Virus record (IMG/VR): IMGVR_UViG_3300045988_160639
Strand: one strand, 5' to 3'
Origin: a virus
DNA: 64,000 nt
Shown: one piece after another, positions 8,792 to 16,995 of the stretch
How the letters are laid out: each line of letters begins with the position of its first letter
Position numbering within the stretch: the first letter of the stretch is position 1
Translations under genes and position numbers: made by a program
Notes under the pieces: model-generated
The model's database searches: none
Seen by the model: only the letters and a program-made list of their open reading frames with translations
Told to the model about the DNA's origin: nothing

Positions 8792-9321
8792 CTGGAATAA
8801 AAAGATTTAGCGATATACCACAATTCACAAGAGACGGAGCGTGGGAATGCAACTTTGATATAGAAGGCATTGCCCGTTGGATAAAGCAAGAGCAGGAAGA
8901 ATTAGGCTTACAGCTTAATCCTAAATTTCAGAGAGGACACGTCTGGACAGAACAACAGCAAATAGCATTTCTCGAATATTTCTTTCGTGGTGGAAAATCA
9001 GGGTTGGTATGCTATTTCAATAAACCCGATTGGAATATTCACGTTCCCGATGAAGCATATAATGAGTATGTTTGCGTTGACGGATTACAACGAATTACAG
9101 CTTGTCTGAGGTTTGTCAATAACGAAATCCCTATCTTTGGACGTTATTATAAAGACTTCGAGGATAAACCAAGAATGAGACATACATTAAGGTTCAATGT
9201 CAATGATCTAAAAAACGAAAAGGAAGTTTTGCAATGGTATATTGATATGAACGCAGGTGGAACATCTCATACATCGGAAGAAATTGAACGTGTAAAAAAG
9301 ATGATTGAGGAACTGGAATAA
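8788..9321 (+). CDS. DUF262 (ParB/Srx-fold) domain protein with no nuclease domain
   Basis: FQRGHVW...VDGLQRITACLRF motifs. Confidence 0.7.
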   Translation: MTGIKRFSDIPQFTRDGAWECNFDIEGIARWIKQEQEELGLQLNPKFQRGHVWTEQQQIAFLEYFFRGGKSGLVCYFNKPDWNIHVPDEAYNEYVCVDGLQRITACLRFVNNEIPIFGRYYKDFEDKPRMRHTLRFNVNDLKNEKEVLQWYIDMNAGGTSHTSEEIERVKKMIEELE

Positions 9322-9344
9322 TTTAATGAAAGGTGGGTTTTATT

Positions 9345-9788
9345 ATGTCAAATGAAAATAGAGTATATCAAATATCGTGTCCAAATTGCCATCACGAGTG
9401 GAGTTATAGCGGAAACTATTATTCTCAGAAAATAAAACAATTAGGACATGACATTGAAGAAATAAATAATCAAATTTCAAAAAATAAAAAGCTTCCAGAA
9501 TGCAAAAGAAATAAGGAGTGGGAAAAAAGTGCTATTGAAGCAAAAAATATAAAACTTAAACAGTTAAAAGAACTTAAAGATATAAAATCTCAATATAATA
9601 TTGAAATGAATATGAATATCTATGAATGGTTCAAACAGCTTGTTAAGGATGAAATTGGAGAAAAACGTTATAAAGAACTTATTGAACAAGCTGATAAAGA
9701 AGCAAGAGCATATAGTATAAATACTATTGCAAGAACAACATATTCAAGAAAGGACGGAAAGAATATTATTTCAGTAACTAAGATATAA
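9345..9788 (+). CDS. Zinc-ribbon plus coiled-coil protein
   Basis: CPNCHH near the N-terminus, then a Lys/Glu-rich heptad-like region. Confidence 0.55.
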   Translation: MSNENRVYQISCPNCHHEWSYSGNYYSQKIKQLGHDIEEINNQISKNKKLPECKRNKEWEKSAIEAKNIKLKQLKELKDIKSQYNIEMNMNIYEWFKQLVKDEIGEKRYKELIEQADKEARAYSINTIARTTYSRKDGKNIISVTKI

Positions 9789-9841
9789 TAAAACGCAAGT
9801 TCTATGAATTTGCAAGTGAATAATAAAATAGAACTTTCCTC

Positions 9842-9870
9842 TTGACAAATTGGGAAAAGCGTGATAATAT
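9842..9870 (+). promoter_or_regulatory. Promoter TTGACA-N17-TAATAT with an extended -10 TG
   Basis: Hexamers at 9842-9847 and 9865-9870. Confidence 0.6.
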
Positions 9871-9909
9871 TAAATTATCATTACTTTTAATTTTGTCAGG
9901 AGGATTTTT

Positions 9910-10923
9910 ATGGATAAATTTAAAATGTACCAAAAAGGTATCAGCATTAAATCCCTTTACAATATGTACTATGAAGATGTTCCCGAGGTTGACTTCACGG
10001 ACGATATGCAGCGTGGAGAGGTGTGGAGTAATACCCGAAAATCTCTCTATATTCATTCAATCTTACTGAAGATTACCGATGCACAGTCCCCATTTATTGC
10101 AGGTGTAAGGGAACTTCCTAACGGAAATACTCTCCTGAAAATCTTTGACGGAAAGCAAAGAGGAACAACCATAATCCATTATATAGACGGAGATTTTGCC
10201 CTCACGGGACTGACAAACGAGCCTGATATATACCTCAACGGAGAACCCGTTAAGCTTCAGGGCAAGCGTTTTAAGCAGCTTCCTCCCAAACTCCAAAGCT
10301 GGATACTTGATACAACTCTGAACGTTTCTATAATAGAAAATGCTACACCCGAGCAGGAATCCCTTATTTTTCGCAGACTTAATAACGGAAAAACGGTTAG
10401 TAAGTTCGATATCGCCCGTTCCTATAAGCAGGGAATGGAAGATATCAAGGAGCTTACCAGCCACGAGCTGTTTAATGTAATGCTCACCTCAACGGAAAGA
10501 AAAGCCCTTAAACAGCAGGAAATCATAATCAGATCGTGGATAGCTCTCTTTGAGGAAGAACCAAACCTCACTCCAGCTCATGTCAACGAGGTTATGAAAG
10601 TCCTCAGTATTGATGCAGACGAAAGGGAACAGCTTAAGTCTTCATATGATTTTATATTTGAAGCATATAAGCTTATGGCAATAGAGAAGGAAAATTCAGA
10701 TATCATCAAACTGATGTTTAAACCAACTCATCTTATAGGATATCTGCCTTATCTGGAAAAATTTGATACCCCAGATCAGTTTGCAAAATGGACTGGAAAA
10801 TTCTTTGGTAATATGCCCGAAGAATATGCTTCTCTCGTCAGAGAACATACCACAAGCCCCACAAGCATAAAAGCAAGAAGAAATATTATAGAAAAATCTA
10901 TCAATGAATTTCTTGGAAAATAA
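9910..10923 (+). CDS. DUF262 (ParB/Srx-fold) domain protein
   Basis: MQRGEVW...FDGKQRGTTIIHY motifs; SD AGGAGG. Confidence 0.7.
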   Translation: MDKFKMYQKGISIKSLYNMYYEDVPEVDFTDDMQRGEVWSNTRKSLYIHSILLKITDAQSPFIAGVRELPNGNTLLKIFDGKQRGTTIIHYIDGDFALTGLTNEPDIYLNGEPVKLQGKRFKQLPPKLQSWILDTTLNVSIIENATPEQESLIFRRLNNGKTVSKFDIARSYKQGMEDIKELTSHELFNVMLTSTERKALKQQEIIIRSWIALFEEEPNLTPAHVNEVMKVLSIDADEREQLKSSYDFIFEAYKLMAIEKENSDIIKLMFKPTHLIGYLPYLEKFDTPDQFAKWTGKFFGNMPEEYASLVREHTTSPTSIKARRNIIEKSINEFLGK

Positions 10924-10939
10924 TTTTTCACAATAATAA

Positions 10940-10975
10940 AACCGTCACTCAATTAAGGGTGACGGTTATTTTTTA
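10940..10975. terminator. Bidirectional intrinsic terminator
   Basis: AACCGTCAC/GTGACGGTT stem followed by ATTTTTT. Confidence 0.7.
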
Positions 10976-11324
10976 TAAATTCGGAAAATTGGTTTAAGAC
11001 CGTTTGTTCATAAGAGGATGTGAAGAAATCATTCCGGTGATATAGTAATTCAAGTCGTCTGGAACGAATTTTAGCTGCCCTTTCAGGAATGTGACACATA
11101 TTTATGAGGTCTTCTATTTGATGAATATTACAAGCCCATAAAACGCACGCAGGAGCGAGAATATTTATTCCAAAATAATCTGCCTCGGTTTCATCTAAAG
11201 TTGGAATAATTATATGCCCAAACTCGTGAGCAATAATGAATCTTTGTTGATAAAACGGTTCAGAATCATCAACAATAATATAGTTTTTACTGGATTTGTT
11301 TAGGGTTGTAAAAGATTTCCCCAA
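10953..11324 (-). CDS. ImmA/IrrE-family zinc metalloprotease; homology seems to extend upstream to about 11501 without a canonical start
   Basis: HEFGH (HExxH) motif. The open frame upstream encodes an ImmA-like N-terminus and is stop-free to 11519. Confidence 0.7.
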   Translation of the reverse strand: MGKSFTTLNKSSKNYIIVDDSEPFYQQRFIIAHEFGHIIIPTLDETEADYFGINILAPACVLWACNIHQIEDLINMCHIPERAAKIRSRRLELLYHRNDFFTSSYEQTVLNQFSEFIKNNRHP

Positions 11325-11555
11325 CTCTAAAGGCTTTAGCTTGGCAAAATTATTGCTTGGAATATTGGAATTTTTTATAATGTCGGTGTTATAATTTACA
11401 CATAAGGGTATAAAATCTAAAGGTAAAGTTTTTATTTTGCAATCAATGAGGCATTGACAAGCTCTGTCTCTTGCACGTACATAATCTTTATACGGAGAAA
11501 TAAAATCACCCTTAGTTAGAATTTGTAACTAAGGGTGAAATATGTTTGGAAATAA

Positions 11556-12278
11556 TTATTTAGAAAAATCATTATTGGAAATAGGAAGAGAACTTAAAGA
11601 CTGAATGTCATTTGATGTAATCTTTCCAATAGTATTGTCAGGTGTCTTTGCAGCTTCCTGAATGATCTCATCAGAATTTTCATCATATGAGCCAACAACT
11701 TTTCCAAATACGGAAAATTTATCGGTATCGTAAACTTTAATAACTGGATAATCTGAATTTATTGAGTGTAAGCCATCATGTTCATATATTTTGAAATAAG
11801 GACTACCATTTAAAACAGCAATAACTTCATCACCATATTTGACCTCAGTAGTTTGTTTTACCCAAACGATGCTTCCGTGTGGATAATCTGGAGACATTGA
11901 ATCGCCGTTAATACGTATTCCGCAGTCAGCGTTTGACGGAATAATATCGTCTGGAAATTCTATTTCTTCAAAAGCATTATTTAAATAAAAATTAGTTGAT
12001 ATTCCTGCTCCAGCTGCAACTATAGCAATAGGAAATAATTTTTTATTACAAGATGTGCAAGTTATTTTGGAAATATCAGGGATATAACTGAGAATGTCTG
12101 ATATATCACATTTAAAATAATCGCACAACTTATTCAAGTTTTCAACAGAATAAGTTTTAGATTTGCCAGTTTCCATATCAGAAATCGTTTGTTTTCTAAT
12201 TTTAATGCTTTTGGATAATTCTTCTTGAGATAATTCATTATGGTTAAATCTCAGTGTTTTTAAATTACATTTAATCAT
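11556..12278 (-). CDS. CI/LexA-like repressor (N-terminal XRE HTH plus C-terminal S24 peptidase)
   Basis: HTH segment QEELSKSIKIRKQTISDMETG; S24 motif GDSMSP with a downstream Lys. Confidence 0.8.
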   Translation of the reverse strand: MIKCNLKTLRFNHNELSQEELSKSIKIRKQTISDMETGKSKTYSVENLNKLCDYFKCDISDILSYIPDISKITCTSCNKKLFPIAIVAAGAGISTNFYLNNAFEEIEFPDDIIPSNADCGIRINGDSMSPDYPHGSIVWVKQTTEVKYGDEVIAVLNGSPYFKIYEHDGLHSINSDYPVIKVYDTDKFSVFGKVVGSYDENSDEIIQEAAKTPDNTIGKITSNDIQSLSSLPISNNDFSK

Positions 12279-12348
12279 AGTGTTACACCTCTTGTATAAA
12301 ATGGATAAATTGTTATGGATAACTTTATATATTATTTATCCCAAAATA

Positions 12349-12390
12349 CACGAAATTCGTATTGACATTATGCGAATTTCGTGATATACT
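12349..12390 (+). promoter_or_regulatory. Promoter TTGACA-N17-TATACT embedded in an 11-bp inverted-repeat operator
   Basis: CACGAAATTCG (12349-12359) pairs with CGAATTTCGTG (12373-12383). The -35 is at 12362-12367 and the -10 at 12385-12390. Confidence 0.6.
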
Positions 12391-12534
12391 TAATACATAC
12401 CAAAGAGATGCAGAGATGCAAATCCTTAGTATTACATAATAACATATTTCAATAAAAAAGTCAAGTAGTAAGAAAGGAAGACAACGATGTGATATTATAA
12501 TTTACATAATAATAGGAAATCGCACTAAATCGAC

Positions 12535-12563
12535 TTGATTTATTATCTGCATTGCAGTATAAT
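12535..12563 (+). promoter_or_regulatory. Promoter TTGATT-N17-TATAAT for a candidate antisense RNA
   Basis: Hexamers at 12535-12540 and 12558-12563. No coding ORF lies downstream on this strand. Confidence 0.5.
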
Positions 12564-12602
12564 AGATATAGTAGGTAATCTGATACATAATCAAAAGCAA
12601 AA

Positions 12603-12628
12603 GCTCCCACTACCCATAACGTGAGAGC
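12603..12628 (-). terminator. Minus-strand intrinsic terminator downstream of the small membrane ORF
   Basis: On the minus strand, a GCTCTCAC/GTGGGAGC stem is followed by TTTTGCTTTTG. Confidence 0.45.
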
Positions 12629-12651
12629 CACCCATACTAACGCTCTGGGTG

Positions 12652-12810
12652 TTAATCTATCGGTCTAATATCGACCTTGAATCCATTCTTTCCGAGACGA
12701 ATGGAGAAACGATGTTTCTTGTCATTCAGGCACATTTTCACGATAATTACGAGCGTTATTGGAATAACGATTGTGCCGAGTATGGACAGCAACGCAATCA
12801 AAACCTCTAT
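12652..12810 (-). CDS. Small hydrophobic peptide (49-52 aa), type I toxin-like; start ATA at 12810 or TTG at 12801
   Basis: EVLIALLSILGTIVIPITLVIIV is followed by the basic tail KMCLNDKKHRFSIRLGKNGFK. SD GGAGG lies 8 nt upstream of the ATA. Too short for the ORF track. Confidence 0.4.
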   Translation of the reverse strand: MEVLIALLSILGTIVIPITLVIIVKMCLNDKKHRFSIRLGKNGFKVDIRPID

Positions 12811-12892
12811 ACAAATCCCCTCCTCTGTAGGTAGTCAAACTGCCGTAAGTAATACGGGGAAAAGGGGTATATGGGTCTTCCAACTACTTTTG

Positions 12893-12921
12893 ATTATACC
12901 AGATTATCTACAAAAAAGCAA
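12893..12921 (-). promoter_or_regulatory. Minus-strand promoter TTGCTT-N17-(TGg)TATAAT for the small membrane ORF
   Basis: Reverse complement of 12893-12898 and 12916-12921. Confidence 0.45.
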
Positions 12922-12927
12922 GAAAAT

Positions 12928-12970
12928 AGTGCGGTTTGATAGAAAAATTGTCAGACCGCACTATTTTTAT
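12928..12970. terminator. Bidirectional terminator
   Basis: AGTGCGGT/ACCGCACT stem with T-runs on both strands. Confidence 0.6.
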
Positions 12971-12974
12971 TGTA

Positions 12975-13205
12975 TTATTTGTTAATTTTGTCAAGATTTG
13001 ATTTATCAGGTATATACTCCATTAAATCCGAGGGCTGGCAATTAAATAAAGCACACAACTTGTTTATGGTCTTAGCATCTAAACCTTTTGTTCCATTCTT
13101 TAATCCATAATAAGTTGCTTGTCCAATAAGACCTGTTTCTCGAATTTTTGTTGCCGTATAACCATGTTCTGTTAAAAGTTTAAAAAGTTTATCATAATTA
13201 AGCAT
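12975..13205 (-). CDS. XRE/Cro-C1-type HTH repressor (76 aa)
   Basis: ATKIRETGLIGQATYYGLKNG HTH. Its C-terminus DLMEYIPD is paralogous to that of the repressor at 11556-12278. Confidence 0.75.
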   Translation of the reverse strand: MLNYDKLFKLLTEHGYTATKIRETGLIGQATYYGLKNGTKGLDAKTINKLCALFNCQPSDLMEYIPDKSNLDKINK

Positions 13206-13215
13206 TTAATACACC

Positions 13216-13303
13216 TCACTCAAATGAGTGAAAAATCACCATAAAAATTCACTTAATTTTGTGAAATGTGTGTATTGAAATTCACTTAATTAAGTGATAT
13301 ACT
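13216..13303 (+). promoter_or_regulatory. Three TCACT-N6-AGTGA operators plus promoter TTGAAA-N17-TATACT
   Basis: Operators at 13216-13231, 13249-13264 and 13282-13297; -35 at 13275-13280 and -10 at 13298-13303. Confidence 0.6.
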
Positions 13304-13435
13304 TATATCAAGGTCAAATCATAAAGGATTCAAACCTTAGTCTTATATAATAACATATGTTCTGAGATTTGTCAAGCACCTTTCAGAAAATATGTTATTA
13401 TATAAGTAAGTAAAAATTCAAAGGAGGATATACAT

Positions 13436-14794
13436 ATGGCAAAGACAGCAAAGAAAAAAGATTACAATTCTATTGAAATCAATGGAACTGCTTATACCAT
13501 TGCAGAGCGTGTGAGAGAAGAATCTGATGTGCGGATGATTCCTTATTCAGTAAAAATGTATGTTGAAGAAGTTGACGATGGAGAGATTTGTCGTGATCCA
13601 CTTATACAGAGAACGGATGACCAGTGGACAAAAAAGCAGAAGTCTAAGTTGATTGAAGCTGTTTTACATAATAGACCTATCGGAAGTATGGCACTTGCCA
13701 AGGGTAGAGCTGAGAGTAAAAGTTATTCAATCACATCTCTCGTAGATGGATTGCAGAGAACCACAACACTTGTAGACTTTTATCACGATAAATTTGCTTT
13801 GGATAAAAGAGCATTACCTGTTGTGTGTAGATGTGTTGACGAAAATGGCAATGAACAAAAAGTTGAAATTGATATTGCAGGGAAAAAATATTCTCAGCTT
13901 TCTGATGCGATAAAGACATTCTTTAATAAATATAGTCTTACCACATATATGCACGAGGGCTTTTCTGATGAAGAATTGGACGACATTGTATTCTGTATGA
14001 ATAACGGAAAGTCTCCAAATGCTTATCAGAAAATACGTTTTGCTCTCGGTTCAACAATTATGCGTTCTTTGCAGCCAATTTGTGATAGCACACTTTGGGA
14101 AGATGTTAATGGTTGCAAGGCAAAAAATGACAGTATCCTTTGTTGTATAGTAAGAACTCTTATGATGATGACATTTTACAATTATAATAATCTTGGCTCT
14201 GCAACGATGACTAAGTTTGTAGATGATTTTGATGATTATGTAAAAGCATCGGATATCGCTAATCTATCTATACTCGTAGAGGAACTTGCGGAAATTAAGA
14301 TGAATCTGTCGGAAGAAGAATCTACAAGATTAGATTCTGTGACTATTCCACATTATATAATGAGTCTTAATTCGTTTAAGAGAAAGAACAAAACAGCCAC
14401 TGATTACAGAAACTTTCTCAATAAATTCTGGAGCAGTGATAATTTTGAACTGCTTACATCAAGCTGTGAATCTAATGGTAGCGGAAGTTCTCTGTATTCT
14501 GCTGAAATGGTAGAAGACAGACAGTATGCTATAGATGATTATATGGACGAATATCTTGATGAGAATGAGGGTGAAATAAATGGCGAAGAAAACGGCACTG
14601 ACGAAAGCGGAGCAACAGGAAATACTAACAACGGAGATAATGGAACTGAAACAGACATTATCTCAGACGTGTTTGACACTGAAATTGTGTCAGAGGATAG
14701 TGGAACTGGCAACTCGTCAAGTGGAATTGAATCCGAAGTCAATGAAGATGGAAACGTCCTACAGGGAAGTGGGCAAAGCTTTAGGTCAGCCTGA
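13436..14794 (+). CDS. DUF262 (ParB/Srx-fold) protein with a long acidic low-complexity tail
   Basis: IQRTDDQW...VDGLQRTTTLVDF motifs; tail rich in E, N, G, D, S and T. Confidence 0.7.
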   Translation: MAKTAKKKDYNSIEINGTAYTIAERVREESDVRMIPYSVKMYVEEVDDGEICRDPLIQRTDDQWTKKQKSKLIEAVLHNRPIGSMALAKGRAESKSYSITSLVDGLQRTTTLVDFYHDKFALDKRALPVVCRCVDENGNEQKVEIDIAGKKYSQLSDAIKTFFNKYSLTTYMHEGFSDEELDDIVFCMNNGKSPNAYQKIRFALGSTIMRSLQPICDSTLWEDVNGCKAKNDSILCCIVRTLMMMTFYNYNNLGSATMTKFVDDFDDYVKASDIANLSILVEELAEIKMNLSEEESTRLDSVTIPHYIMSLNSFKRKNKTATDYRNFLNKFWSSDNFELLTSSCESNGSGSSLYSAEMVEDRQYAIDDYMDEYLDENEGEINGEENGTDESGATGNTNNGDNGTETDIISDVFDTEIVSEDSGTGNSSSGIESEVNEDGNVLQGSGQSFRSA

Positions 14795-15311
14795 CAGAAC
14801 TGCAAGAGATTGTAAATGTGTCTTATCTTGTTATGATAAGCTTATCAAAAGTGAAATAAATGACAAGTGCGTCAATAAAGTTTTATCGGAAAATTCAACA
14901 TCTCAAGCTACAAAAGTAATTTCCGCTTTAAATTATTGCAGTGACGAAGATAAAACACTTTATCTCGACAACGAAATAAGTTCAACGGGACTTTATAAAC
15001 GCAAAGGGAATGTTGTTATTGTCGGTACTAAAGCAACAGATACAATGTTGGATAGAGCCAAGCGAATGAAGGACGATTCAGAAGAATCCCTTACGTTTGC
15101 AATGATAACAAGTATGTTCAAATCAGAAACTAAAAATTACATCGAATCTCTTAAAGATTATATTGAAATGGTGGATAGAGTTTCTGATAAGCAATATACC
15201 AAAAAAGAAGCCATAGCTGATATAACACTTACATTAAGTACAGTGGTAAATACAATAACTTCCTTAAAAGAAGCAATTATAGAAAAGTCTAATATAATAA
15301 TGGAGGAATAA
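14742..15311 (+). CDS. Hypothetical protein; the open frame extends back to 14580 and overlaps the previous gene
   Basis: ATGs at 14742 and 14748; no recognisable motif. Confidence 0.45.
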   Translation: MKMETSYREVGKALGQPDRTARDCKCVLSCYDKLIKSEINDKCVNKVLSENSTSQATKVISALNYCSDEDKTLYLDNEISSTGLYKRKGNVVIVGTKATDTMLDRAKRMKDDSEESLTFAMITSMFKSETKNYIESLKDYIEMVDRVSDKQYTKKEAIADITLTLSTVVNTITSLKEAIIEKSNIIMEE

Positions 15312-15405
15312 AATTATGGAATTTTCAGCACAGCCCAGTTGGACAACAAGAACGATCAACTCATCTCAGCTTAAAAGCAAACAGCCATATTAGCGTAAAA
15401 TTGAT

Positions 15406-16098
15406 ATGAAATTTATTGCTAAATGTGTTAAAGATTTCAATCTTAATAAGGTTGACCCTGTTCACGTTTCTTATCGAGACGGAAAGTATTACGTAATTGA
15501 TGGACAGCATACAGTCATTATTCTCGAAGCTGTTAACGAAAATAAGCCTGTGGATATTCAGTGTATTGTACATAAGGGAATGACCTATACTGATGAAGCT
15601 GATTATTATGTTGACCAGTATGAAAAGAAACATCGACATACATTTAATGAAATGACACTTGCTTCTTATGAAGCCGGCAGAGAACTTCCTTGTGAGCTTG
15701 CATTAAAAGTTTCTCGTGTTGGTGGTAGATTACCTTATGATAAAAAGACCACTACCGGAATGAGAATCAATGCAGTTAAAAAGGTGGAAATGCTATATAA
15801 GAAGGATTCTGATGATACTATTCTTGCCATAAAGTGTCTTGTTGAAGCGTATAACGGAAGAGAATCCAGTTTGCAGGGCGATATCATAGCAGGAACAACA
15901 GAGTTTCTCAAACTTTACGGAAATAATATCGTCACATCAAGACTTGTCAATGCACTTGCAAAATACACTCCTCAGATGCTCACAAATACAGCCAAGAACC
16001 TCAAGATGTCCTATCCTATTAACTGGACGGAAACTCTTAGAGACAAGTATAACGAGGTATCCAAGCGTGGTAAGATAAAGCCGATATACGGAATTTGA
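15406..16098 (+). CDS. ParB-like DGQHR-type domain protein; the gene probably begins at 15316, with an in-frame TAG at 15391
   Basis: VHVSYRDGKYYVIDGQHT motif. A strong SD GGAGGA and an ATG sit at 15316 in the same frame. Confidence 0.6.
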   Translation: MKFIAKCVKDFNLNKVDPVHVSYRDGKYYVIDGQHTVIILEAVNENKPVDIQCIVHKGMTYTDEADYYVDQYEKKHRHTFNEMTLASYEAGRELPCELALKVSRVGGRLPYDKKTTTGMRINAVKKVEMLYKKDSDDTILAIKCLVEAYNGRESSLQGDIIAGTTEFLKLYGNNIVTSRLVNALAKYTPQMLTNTAKNLKMSYPINWTETLRDKYNEVSKRGKIKPIYGI

Positions 16099-16138
16099 TT
16101 ATATAAATATAATACTTCTAAATGAAAGGATAATCACT

Positions 16139-16981
16139 ATGAACGCAGCTATAGCTTATAATTCAACAACAGCTAATATCATTGATATGTCGGGCAGAAA
16201 AAGCAGACGTAAGATATCTCAGAGACAAGTTGTTGTTACTGAGGTGGAAGCTCCTACTAATCATTCTGCCGATGCGTTTATGTGCGAAAATGATATCAAC
16301 GCTGTTATTCGTCAGTGTTTCAAAGAAAGAGCATATCATAAAATGGTAATGTTCATCTTCGGAATAAACACAGGCTATCGCTGTGGTGATATTCTTTCGT
16401 TTAAAGTAAAAGATGTAACAGATGAAAACGGAAACATTCTTGATGTTAAGTATATTTCTGAGCAGAAAACAGGCAAGGCAAGACCTGTGTATTTTAATAG
16501 GGCTGTAAAAACGGCTCTTAAATATCTTATTGATCGTAAGGGATTAACTTCTAAAAATTATCTTTTTAGAGGTGATGGAAACCGTAGAGCATATTTCGAT
16601 AAATTTATCTATGATAAATGCGGAGAAATTACAGATGTAATTACGACAGGGGAGAGGTACGATGAAAATGGCAATGAAAGAGAAATTGCTCCTATGACCG
16701 TATCGTCAGTGAGCAGATGGCTTAAAACAATAACACAAAAACTTAACATAGTGGGACATTATAGTTCTCACGCTATGCGAAAAACTTTCTGTGAGTTTAT
16801 CTCACGGAATTGGAATGATAATAGGAATGTAATGGTTGCTTGTGTGGCTGTAGCTCACGCCGATGTTGATACAACAATGAATCATTATATGACGGTAAAT
16901 CCATTGAAACTTCGTCAAAAATGGCTTGACCTTAATCTTGGACTGGAAGAATTTGAAAAGCTGTCTGGATATAAAATTTGA
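16139..16981 (+). CDS. Tyrosine recombinase (second one in the window)
   Basis: Candidate catalytic residues in GYRCGD, HAMRKTF, VAHAD and MNHYM. Confidence 0.8.
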   Translation: MNAAIAYNSTTANIIDMSGRKSRRKISQRQVVVTEVEAPTNHSADAFMCENDINAVIRQCFKERAYHKMVMFIFGINTGYRCGDILSFKVKDVTDENGNILDVKYISEQKTGKARPVYFNRAVKTALKYLIDRKGLTSKNYLFRGDGNRRAYFDKFIYDKCGEITDVITTGERYDENGNEREIAPMTVSSVSRWLKTITQKLNIVGHYSSHAMRKTFCEFISRNWNDNRNVMVACVAVAHADVDTTMNHYMTVNPLKLRQKWLDLNLGLEEFEKLSGYKI

Positions 16982-16995
16982 AAGGAATGATATAA

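Noticed and set aside
12649-12985. Plus-strand ORFs 12649-12834 and 12677-12985.
   Set aside because: They have no SD and implausible sequences, and they lie antisense to a better-supported small membrane ORF that has its own promoter and terminator.
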